Source: Bacillales bacterium (GTDB taxonomy: Bacteria; Bacillota_I; Bacilli_A; RF39; UBA660). Taken from it: 64,000 bases of DNA. The position numbers were made by a program, and so were the translations under genes. Positions 7,432-15,555 of this stretch are shown here, one piece after another; within the stretch, counting starts at the first letter, position 1, and every line of letters starts with the position of its first letter. A model generated the notes under the pieces. That model was not told where the DNA came from and ran no database searches. It saw only the letters and a list, made by a program, of their open reading frames with translations. Where the stretch lies: positions 1,115-65,114 of the forward strand of contig JAEEVN010000003.1 of NCBI GenBank assembly GCA_016290885.1. The letters are read 5' to 3'.

Positions 7432-9689
7432 TATTCATCAAAGAAATCATCAAAGAAGTCATCATAATCAGATTCATCTTTAACTGGTTTCTTCTCTTCT
7501 TTATCTTTTAACTCAAAATTTTCTAAGTTAATATCATTGCTTGGGATAATTTCAGAAACATTTGGTTCTTTTTCACTAAGTTTTTCCACAGGTTTATATG
7601 TTAGATCCTCTTTTGGCTCTGATTCTGGAGCTTTTGGAGGTTCAGAAACAGGTTTCTCAGTGTCCTTAAGTTCAGGTGTTGAAGCAGGTTCTTGTGTAAC
7701 GCTTGCTTGTGTTTCTTTTTGTTTCTCTTTTTCACGTCTTTCTTCCTCTTCAATAGCTGCAATTTGCTTATCTATGTTCTTAATTAATTCATCAATGTCT
7801 TGACTGCTACCAAATGAAGTGTTTGAATTATCCATTGGTGTTGGTGCAGTTGGTGTTGGTGCTGGAGTTGGACTTGATGGCATACCACCGAATCCTGGCA
7901 TACCTCCAAAACCTGGCATTCCACCAAATCCTGGTGCATTATTCATTCCAGGCCCCATTGCTTCGCTCTTTTTCTTTTTAACAAAATCTTTAACACTGAA
8001 TGTTTTTACTTCAGTCATTTGTCTTTCAGGATATTCAACATCTTGTCCATATAATGTTGCTCCTACTCCAAAACCGAAGTCTGTATTATAATCCATTCTT
8101 AGCTTTCCTTTATAAGGAGGGCATCTATGGCGAACTAATACATATTCATCAGGTTTCATTCTTTGAAGCTCTGATATAGTAACAAGAGGTCTTGTTTCTT
8201 CTTTTTTATCTTTACCTACTCTAACTATCTTATCACCACATAATTTACTTATTTCTTCTAAGGCACTTAATTCTCCTGTTAATAAGTAAATAGTATTTAT
8301 ACAGTTACCTCTGATAGTTTGAGCATCTTCTTTACCATATGTTTTATCTAATTGGGCAAAGTTTTGGATTATAAATGTAAATTTAATATGACGAGATCTT
8401 GCTGCAGTAACCATAGTAGCAATATCCTTTATTTTAGGCATATTTGCAAACTCATCTAGTAAGAAGTTAGTTCTTACTGGAAGAGCTCCACCATGTTTAT
8501 ATGCAGTAGATATTAAACATTCATAACATTGCTTAATAAATATAGTTGCTAAGCTATGATATGTTGTTTTTTCATCTTGAATTATCATAAATAATGCTGT
8601 TGGTCTTTCACCAATAGAAGCCATATCAAAATCGTTTTTAGAAAGCATTTCTGATAAGTTTCTAGTAACAGCTAGTGTTTTAACTTTTTGTTGTAATACA
8701 GTCATGATACCTGCTTTAGTTTCATCTGCTGTTGTAACAGTACCTGCCATATTAATTGCAACAGGACTAGTTGGATCTTGCATCTTATAATATTCTTTCA
8801 TATAAGTAGATGCTCCATATCTTTCTTCACCTTGATTAATCATTAAGTTAATACTATTAATGTTAACTTCTTCAAGTGGTGCATCTTGGAATAATGCAAG
8901 TCCTAAACCAGTTAAATAATCTGCTGCTGCATTTTGCCAGAATGGATCTTGACCATGTCCATCAACAACTATATTAGTAGATAAGTCATTTAAAAGCTCA
9001 TTAGCTTTATCATAATTACCTTCTTTTTGATATTTATAAGGAAGATCATAAGGATTCCAACAGCTACCTCTTTGAGGTTCACGGAAGTTTAATACTATTA
9101 TTTGATATCCTGCATCCTTTAATATCTTATAATTATCTTCATATATTTCACCCTTAGGGTCTGTAATAACAATTGATTCTTTTGCTTTAATTAAATGTTT
9201 CATTGTAGGATTAACAATACCTGCAGTTTTACCAGAACCAGTAGCACCTATAACAAGAGTATGCATATTAGAATTATCTACGTAAGCACTATCCTTATCA
9301 TATATAATAGGAGTTCCACCTACGCTAGCAGTTTTATCAGCAAAAGGAATTCTAACTACTTCTTTAGCAGTCATTATTTCTTTATCTTTTGCCCATCTAG
9401 AATAGCCATTTTCTTTAGGTAAATCAGTAAACCCAAATCCTTTATCTCTTTCAAAGAAATAAGAAGTTGTAGATCCAAAAACAGTACCTACTACAGCAAG
9501 CCAAATTACTACTGTCAATGCAAATGAACTACCATTTAATTCCTTAAAAAAATTTAATCCTGATGGAACACCATCATGTAATATTGATAATACGTTGGAA
9601 ACACATAATGCTATTATTAAAAATACAAAAATCGCCATAATTACAAAAGCAACTACATCTTTCTTTTCTGCACGAAATTTTAATTTCAT
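7431..9689 (-). CDS. Type IV coupling protein (VirD4/TraG family) with a long low-complexity C-terminal tail
   Basis: Two N-terminal TM helices, Walker A VIGATGSGKTAG, Walker B-like FLLDEFANMP. The C-terminal ~200 aa are Pro/Glu/Lys-rich, contain a GFGGMP x3 repeat, and end in DYDDFFDDFFDE. Confidence 0.9.
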   Translation of the reverse strand: MKLKFRAEKKDVVAFVIMAIFVFLIIALCVSNVLSILHDGVPSGLNFFKELNGSSFALTVVIWLAVVGTVFGSTTSYFFERDKGFGFTDLPKENGYSRWAKDKEIMTAKEVVRIPFADKTASVGGTPIIYDKDSAYVDNSNMHTLVIGATGSGKTAGIVNPTMKHLIKAKESIVITDPKGEIYEDNYKILKDAGYQIIVLNFREPQRGSCWNPYDLPYKYQKEGNYDKANELLNDLSTNIVVDGHGQDPFWQNAAADYLTGLGLALFQDAPLEEVNINSINLMINQGEERYGASTYMKEYYKMQDPTSPVAINMAGTVTTADETKAGIMTVLQQKVKTLAVTRNLSEMLSKNDFDMASIGERPTALFMIIQDEKTTYHSLATIFIKQCYECLISTAYKHGGALPVRTNFLLDEFANMPKIKDIATMVTAARSRHIKFTFIIQNFAQLDKTYGKEDAQTIRGNCINTIYLLTGELSALEEISKLCGDKIVRVGKDKKEETRPLVTISELQRMKPDEYVLVRHRCPPYKGKLRMDYNTDFGFGVGATLYGQDVEYPERQMTEVKTFSVKDFVKKKKSEAMGPGMNNAPGFGGMPGFGGMPGFGGMPSSPTPAPTPTAPTPMDNSNTSFGSSQDIDELIKNIDKQIAAIEEEERREKEKQKETQASVTQEPASTPELKDTEKPVSEPPKAPESEPKEDLTYKPVEKLSEKEPNVSEIIPSNDINLENFELKDKEEKKPVKDESDYDDFFDDFFDE
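7879..7932 (-). repeat. 18-nt imperfect tandem repeat x3 (encodes GFGGMP x3)
   Basis: ggcataccaccgaatcct / ggcatacctccaaaacct / ggcattccaccaaatcct. Confidence 0.8.
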
Positions 9690-9726
9690 TTTATCATCTC
9701 CATAATATATTTATTATATCAAAAAA

Positions 9727-9750
9727 AAGGTATTTTTTAAATACCTTTAT
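9727..9750 (-). terminator. Internal hairpin/terminator between the wall-remodelling gene and the T4CP gene
   Basis: AAAGGTATTT-aaaa-AATACCTTT plus a T-run on the minus strand. TATAAT and GGAG signals follow it, before the T4CP ATG. Confidence 0.5.
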
Positions 9751-9753
9751 TAA

Positions 9754-12700
9754 TTATTGAGTCGCAGATCCACAATTAGATATGGAAATAACTTTTTGAT
9801 TAGTATTCCAATCTTGTTTTACTTGGGTTGCACTTGTTAATCCTTTATATAAGTAGTCATTATCAAATTCAAACTCTATTACACTTAAGGATTTACCGCT
9901 TAAATGTCCATAACAAGCAGGATCTGTTGCTTTAGAACTCATACATAATTCTTTATTATCAACAGGGCTCCCATTATTAGTATTTAGATAATCTTTTTCA
10001 TCAGCTACTATTAAAGGTAATGATGTACCATCTTCTAAATTAGCATATACTAAATCTCCGATTGTACCAAAATTCTTAGTTATTGCAGCCAAATATCTAT
10101 CAGCACCATTAACTTTAACAACAGCTATACCATTCTTATAACGTGCTCCGTCTTCTAACCATAGTTTATGTACTTTTTTCTGTGGAGAACTTCCATCTAT
10201 ACCTAAACTACCAAATCCTCTTTTATCATAGAAAGTAACAGTATAGTTTATCTGAGGCATTTCAAATATACTACTTGGAAGTGCTAATGTTGTTCCTTTT
10301 CCACCATCAAGTTTACAATCCGCAGTGGCAGTCGCTCTACAAGTGATAAACATATTAACTGGGTTTAAGAACGAATGATTCTTTGAATCATATATTCCAA
10401 AGTGAAGTGATGCTTTTTCACCATCTTCTGATGCATATACATCCCCAATATGCCCAATAACTTGGCCTTTTGTAACTACATCTCCTGTTTTTAATGTTAA
10501 ATCGTCCGGTTTTAAACCACCATAATATACTCTGATTTTTGAGATTTTATTCTTAAATAGACTACTAATAATTCCTTTTCCTGCAGCACTATTAGTATAT
10601 TGGACCATATAATCTATTACAACCCAGCCACCATCTACAGCTTTATCACTGTATGTACCATCTACAGTTGACTGATATACTTTTCCATCATATATAGAAT
10701 AGACATTAGCACCCTCAGTTACTCCAACGCTATCTGCATTTAAATCTACACCGTTATGCATTTTTCCTATAAACAAGCCATAATTTTCTCGAGCATTAAA
10801 TGTAACAGTTTGCCCAATTGTTAGATCAACAGGTGGAGTTAACTCCGCTAATAAATCTAGATTAATATCTCCAATACAATCAGTATAATCTTGCGCAGAT
10901 TCATCAGTTTTATAAATAGTATCAAACATTTCCTTAGTCAATCTTATTTCAGTAGCAATGCGCTTTACTTTTTCCTCTAATTCATCACCTGTTAGTTTAT
11001 TACCACTACTATCAAGTAGTAACGGATTAAACTCAGGCATTTTTCTTATATAATCATTTACTAGATATTCTTCATATTTTTCTTCATCGAATTTATATTC
11101 ATAATATTTTACAGTAATAGAATCTAATAATTTTTTACCATAACTTATAATATCGTTTGTCCCAACATCGCTATTGTCATCATCTTCATCACTACTAAAA
11201 AGTTCAAAAATTGTTCCTGTTAGTTTATCTATATCAATTTCAATACTCTTTACTTCATAAAAACAATTAATGAATGTTATCAATAAATTACTTAATGCAA
11301 GTCCAACTTCATCATTTTTGCCATTTTGGAAAGCTAACTGTAATGAATTCCAGTTTTCAGTACCGGAAAAAACATCAAGCATATCATTATATAATTGATA
11401 TTCTGAAACCAAGGTCTCAAATAATGGCCCAAAACCGGTCATATGTGCAACGCAATAAGCAATCAATAATGGAATAATATCTTTTATATTATTCATTTCA
11501 TTATTTATCCTTTTAACGCACATTTCTATATACTCTGTTAACGTTATTTCCTTTGTTTGCTTCTTCCCTAGGAATTGGTGTTTAGCAAGATCACGTAGTC
11601 TATAAAGTTTATTCGCAGAATAAACTAATCCACCACCACCTGTAGTAGTTTTTGATTCTTTTAGCCACATTTTTGCTAAATTAATTCCAACTTTGACTGC
11701 ATCACAGTACTTTGAATCACTTTCTTCATCAATATTCAATGAAGCACAAACTTTACTATTATCCGCAGTATAGATTCCTAAATCCCCATAAAATATATCT
11801 GTATAATATAGTGTTGCCATAATATAAGGAAAGTCAATTTCTTCGCCATAATGTGTATTTAAATAATTAACTTCATCATAAAATGCTTCTTCACTATCTT
11901 TAAATCCTAATCCTGATATAAAGTTATTAACTTTTTCTGTATTATCAGGATCTAATACTTCATTCATGAAAAACATTGGAGATAAAATATATGACACTAT
12001 TAATGTTCCAATTGTAAGGAATAATAAAACAAGTACTCCGAATACTTTAGGATCAAAAATTTTAAAAATTGCCTTTAAAGCTTCTTTTCCCTTACCAAGT
12101 TTATCCGCTGCGTCATTAAAAAACTTATCGGAATCAAACTTTTTGGACAAATCTTGTATTCTTTTTCCTCTAGCTTGATTAAGTTTCCCTCTTTCTCTAA
12201 GTTTATCAGCAAATGATTTATCAGTAGTTTTCTTTGCGGCATTTGTCGCAGTTTTATTTGCTTTTGCAGCATTTTTTGCCGCCCTCAAAGCTTCTTTTTC
12301 AGCCTTAGCTTCTGCTTTGGCAGCATCCGCAGTTGCCTTTGCAGTAGCTGCTCCGCTTTCTGCAGCTATAGAGGCTGCCTTTTGCCCTTCTGCTAGACCT
12401 TTATGAACTCCTGCCACGGTTTGACCAGTAGCACTTATTGCAGCTCCAGCATAAGGTATACTAGCTGCTTTCTGAGCTGCCGCCTTTTCTGCGTCTGCAG
12501 CCCTACTCGATGCTTGAGCAATATTCTTCGAAGTTGCTGCTGCTTTTTTAGTAGCTGCAGCAGATTTAGAGGCTACGTCAGCTGCTTTCTCTCTTGCTGC
12601 TGCTGCTTTTTCTGCTGCTGCTGTCCCTGATTCAGCGATTGAAGAAGCAGTGCTGCCAACGTTGGCAGCTGTCTTAGTGGCTTTTTCACCACCATCAAGC

Positions 12701-12873
12701 ATATCTGCAAATTTTTCTTCGCCTTTACCTATTGTCTCTATAGTTTTTCCAACATCATTCATGCCTTGTTGGACATTATCAAATTTTTCACCTAAGGTTT
12801 GTTTCTTTCGTTGAGGTGTCTCAACTTGCTGTTCCTCTTGTTGTGACGAAACTACTGCTTCTTCATCGTTCAT
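9754..12873 (-). CDS. T4SS-associated bitopic cell-wall-remodelling protein with a degenerate M23/LytM domain
   Basis: 1039 aa. An Ala/Lys-rich N-terminal ~290 aa is followed by one TM (VFGVLVLLFLTIGTLIVSYIL) and a large ectodomain. The M23 core has HNGVDL (HxxxD), but YGGL replaces YxHL and SLHFG replaces HLHFG. A further ~230-aa Cys-containing C-terminal domain follows. Confidence 0.7.
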   Translation of the reverse strand: MNDEEAVVSSQQEEQQVETPQRKKQTLGEKFDNVQQGMNDVGKTIETIGKGEEKFADMLDGGEKATKTAANVGSTASSIAESGTAAAEKAAAAREKAADVASKSAAATKKAAATSKNIAQASSRAADAEKAAAQKAASIPYAGAAISATGQTVAGVHKGLAEGQKAASIAAESGAATAKATADAAKAEAKAEKEALRAAKNAAKANKTATNAAKKTTDKSFADKLRERGKLNQARGKRIQDLSKKFDSDKFFNDAADKLGKGKEALKAIFKIFDPKVFGVLVLLFLTIGTLIVSYILSPMFFMNEVLDPDNTEKVNNFISGLGFKDSEEAFYDEVNYLNTHYGEEIDFPYIMATLYYTDIFYGDLGIYTADNSKVCASLNIDEESDSKYCDAVKVGINLAKMWLKESKTTTGGGGLVYSANKLYRLRDLAKHQFLGKKQTKEITLTEYIEMCVKRINNEMNNIKDIIPLLIAYCVAHMTGFGPLFETLVSEYQLYNDMLDVFSGTENWNSLQLAFQNGKNDEVGLALSNLLITFINCFYEVKSIEIDIDKLTGTIFELFSSDEDDDNSDVGTNDIISYGKKLLDSITVKYYEYKFDEEKYEEYLVNDYIRKMPEFNPLLLDSSGNKLTGDELEEKVKRIATEIRLTKEMFDTIYKTDESAQDYTDCIGDINLDLLAELTPPVDLTIGQTVTFNARENYGLFIGKMHNGVDLNADSVGVTEGANVYSIYDGKVYQSTVDGTYSDKAVDGGWVVIDYMVQYTNSAAGKGIISSLFKNKISKIRVYYGGLKPDDLTLKTGDVVTKGQVIGHIGDVYASEDGEKASLHFGIYDSKNHSFLNPVNMFITCRATATADCKLDGGKGTTLALPSSIFEMPQINYTVTFYDKRGFGSLGIDGSSPQKKVHKLWLEDGARYKNGIAVVKVNGADRYLAAITKNFGTIGDLVYANLEDGTSLPLIVADEKDYLNTNNGSPVDNKELCMSSKATDPACYGHLSGKSLSVIEFEFDNDYLYKGLTSATQVKQDWNTNQKVISISNCGSATQ

Positions 12874-12909
12874 TCTATCACCCGATTCTTTTTTAGTTTA
12901 TTTTAAATA

Positions 12910-14700
12910 TTATAATCCACCTTTACTTCCGAAAGAATCTAATTCTGCTTGAGTAGCAACTACAGAAATTTGTAATTTCTTGTTACCACAAATAAATAAT
13001 CCTTCCCCTTGATTATAACGTTTAATATTTTCTTTTTCATTATCATTTAAGTCAATTAAGTTACTTAAATCTTCAACAGCTTGTTTCTTCAAATTCATTA
13101 CTAAATAGTAAGATGAGTTATCAAAAATAGCTTTACCTTGTTGTAAAACTGCTGGAGCAGAGAAATCACTTGGTTCTTGTGTAATAATAATTGTACCAGT
13201 GTTATATTTTCTTGCTCTTCTTTGAACATTAGCTAAGAAATTAGCACCTAATTGGTTATTATTACCAAGCAACATATGTGCTTCATCTACTTCTAGAATT
13301 GAGTTTATCTTAGTATCTAGGCATAAACTCCAAGCATGTTTTAATATATTGAAGAATAATGCATTTCTAACATTTTCTTCAGCATTCATTATTTCTCTAA
13401 TATTAAATACTATAAAATTAGATTTTGGAGTAATTGTAGTCTTACCATCAAAGTAATGTTCTAATCCTCCATATGTTAATGGTCTAATCTTTAATTCAAG
13501 TCTTTCCATTAAATCTCTTTCTTTAGTAGCTTCACCATAAGAAAGAATTCTTCCTCTAATAGTTTTATAAACATCACTAAAAGTAGGATAATCTTCTGAT
13601 TTTAATGTACTAAAATCTGTATTAACATTTATATTAAATCTTTGATATGTTTCTATTACGACTTCATTAAATAAGTTTAATAGGTCTTCTTCTAATGATG
13701 GATCATAATACATCATAAATGTTTTTAATGTTTGAATAGCGCTTACAAAAACAGCTTTACCTACTTCTGCTCCCGCTTCTTCTTTATCAACATCTATAAC
13801 TATTTCAAGTGGGTTAATCATTCCATATTCTCCACCTAAACCTAAGTTAATAAAATCTCCATCATATAACTTAGTCATATCTTCAAGTTCACCTTCTGGG
13901 TCAATTGCTACTATCTTATATTCATTTCTAATATGAGTTCTAAGTAATAATTTAGCAGCAGTTGATTTACCTGAACCTGAAGTACCAAGTAATATCATAT
14001 TGGCATTATTTCTATTATGTTCCTTCTTTATTTGGTATAAGAATTGGTTAAATAATATAATACCACCAGAGAAATCTACACCAAGTAAACAAGATAATCC
14101 TGGGTCTTTAACACAGTCAAATACGAAAGGATACATAGCAGCAAGAGTTGGAGATGGAATTGGAGTGCCAATTCTATCTTCAAGATCTTGCTTATCAAAT
14201 ATAGGCAAACAAGACTTGAATACTTTTTCTTGTTCAAATCTTAAAGGAATTGCTCTCATTTGCATTCCTTCTAATGTATCTTTTATTTCTACTTTCTTTC
14301 TCTCTAATTCCTCTTTTGTTTTTGCAGTAACCATTATATGTAGTTGGAAATCAAAAACTCTTGATTGATTATTAGTAATTGTAGTTACAAAATCATTCAA
14401 TGAATCATAATCTTGCCTTAATTTTTCTTGAACAGTAACATCATTTTCTCTTTGATATCTGTCTTGAATATCTGCTAGTTGTCTATTAAGCATTTTAGCA
14501 AGAACACTGAATGCTATAGGAATATGCTTAGCAACAATTTTTACGCCAGACATGCCTGATATTAATGATGCTAAGTATCCAGGAAAAATATTTGGTGGAT
14601 AAGATATAACTGTTAAAATAGTTGCATAACTATCACTAATAAAGAAATCATTTGCATTAAATGTAATCCCCTTTGGGGCAATCTCTTTTCTTAAACTCAT
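12910..14700 (-). CDS. VirB4-family T4SS ATPase, ATPase-containing C-terminal ~3/4
   Basis: Walker A LLGTSGSGKST, Walker B ILEVDEAHMLL. Position next to a PrgI-like gene. The ATG at 14700 overlaps the upstream stop (ATGA). Confidence 0.85.
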   Translation of the reverse strand: MSLRKEIAPKGITFNANDFFISDSYATILTVISYPPNIFPGYLASLISGMSGVKIVAKHIPIAFSVLAKMLNRQLADIQDRYQRENDVTVQEKLRQDYDSLNDFVTTITNNQSRVFDFQLHIMVTAKTKEELERKKVEIKDTLEGMQMRAIPLRFEQEKVFKSCLPIFDKQDLEDRIGTPIPSPTLAAMYPFVFDCVKDPGLSCLLGVDFSGGIILFNQFLYQIKKEHNRNNANMILLGTSGSGKSTAAKLLLRTHIRNEYKIVAIDPEGELEDMTKLYDGDFINLGLGGEYGMINPLEIVIDVDKEEAGAEVGKAVFVSAIQTLKTFMMYYDPSLEEDLLNLFNEVVIETYQRFNINVNTDFSTLKSEDYPTFSDVYKTIRGRILSYGEATKERDLMERLELKIRPLTYGGLEHYFDGKTTITPKSNFIVFNIREIMNAEENVRNALFFNILKHAWSLCLDTKINSILEVDEAHMLLGNNNQLGANFLANVQRRARKYNTGTIIITQEPSDFSAPAVLQQGKAIFDNSSYYLVMNLKKQAVEDLSNLIDLNDNEKENIKRYNQGEGLFICGNKKLQISVVATQAELDSFGSKGGL

Positions 14701-15239
14701 TCTGTAGTCACTGTCCTTTCTGTAAATGTTTTTCCATCATTTAAGAAATTATCTAGTAACATTCTTAAATCTTCATTTGATACTTGAGCACCTATTAAAC
14801 CTGACTGTGCAAGGTTACTTATAAGCCCTCTTACATTTTTTGTAATTTCTTCTTGAGTATCTGCTTTAAATAACACAAAATATTCTGTATCAACAACATC
14901 GTTTTGAACAAAGCCATCAGCTTTAGCTATATCATCGATGATTAATTTTCTAATCGCAGGTCTACTAACATTGTTTAATTGTAATTCTAATTGTGAAACA
15001 TATAAATCTATGTTTGTAGGTCTATCCGCTACTATTAACCAAAATTCAAAATCAATTTGGTTATAAAATTTTCTTAATTCATCAATAACACGGTTTTGTG
15101 ATAATTCATCCATAATAAAGATATTTTTAGGTAATACCTTTATTCCAGAAACTAACTTTTTATTATCTAAAACGATAACATTGTTATTAATTTCTTTAAC
15201 TGTTATCCAGTTTTCAGTACTTGAACTATTCTGATTCAT
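14697..15239 (-). CDS. Stand-alone VirB4 N-terminal-domain-like protein (split VirB4)
   Basis: 180 aa. The WITVKEINNNVIVLDNKKLVSGIKVLPKNIFIMDELSQNRVIDELRKFY pattern resembles the N-terminal domain of Firmicutes VirB4 proteins (from memory of the family). 180 + 596 aa is close to the usual full-length size. Confidence 0.55.
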   Translation of the reverse strand: MNQNSSSTENWITVKEINNNVIVLDNKKLVSGIKVLPKNIFIMDELSQNRVIDELRKFYNQIDFEFWLIVADRPTNIDLYVSQLELQLNNVSRPAIRKLIIDDIAKADGFVQNDVVDTEYFVLFKADTQEEITKNVRGLISNLAQSGLIGAQVSNEDLRMLLDNFLNDGKTFTERTVTTE

Positions 15240-15537
15240 CTTCCTTCACACTCCATCCTTCCCATTTATAATTCCTTCTGTTTGAAAAAAATCTTATTGT
15301 TTCTTGTATAACCACCAATACATTATGATAATTTGGTATTGGTATAACAAGGAATGCGCATATTAGTAATGGTGCTAAAGCTATTACTAAACCTTGTAAT
15401 GTTTTTGGTGCAGCTATTAATATAATTAATACTGACACAACCAATCCTGAACTTGCTAATATTAAATCAAATGGTCTAAATATATTAAATATTAATTTAC
15501 CACTTTTAGGATTAGCAGGTATTATATATAAATTCAT
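15226..15537 (-). CDS. PrgI/VirB3-like small two-TM T4SS protein
   Basis: 103 aa with two TM helices, sitting directly upstream of VirB4 with a 14-nt overlap. Confidence 0.55.
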   Translation of the reverse strand: MNLYIIPANPKSGKLIFNIFRPFDLILASSGLVVSVLIILIAAPKTLQGLVIALAPLLICAFLVIPIPNYHNVLVVIQETIRFFSNRRNYKWEGWSVKEDESE

Positions 15538-15555
15538 CTAATATCACACTCCTTT

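Noticed and set aside
7537-8091. Plus-strand ORFs (88 and 90 aa) rich in Ser/Gly/Pro, inside the T4CP gene
   Set aside because: They are the antisense image of the low-complexity T4CP tail. They have no RBS or promoter, and the minus-strand gene has clear motifs.
9754-10450. Assigning the C-terminal domain of the 1039-aa protein to a 3D/DPBB-type lytic transglycosylase fold
   Set aside because: There is only a vague resemblance (GDLVYANLEDGTSLPLIVADEKD) and I could not verify a diagnostic motif.
12403-12630. 75-aa Cys/Ser-rich plus-strand ORF
   Set aside because: It is the antisense shadow of the Ala/Lys-rich (GCN/AAR) region of the 1039-aa gene.
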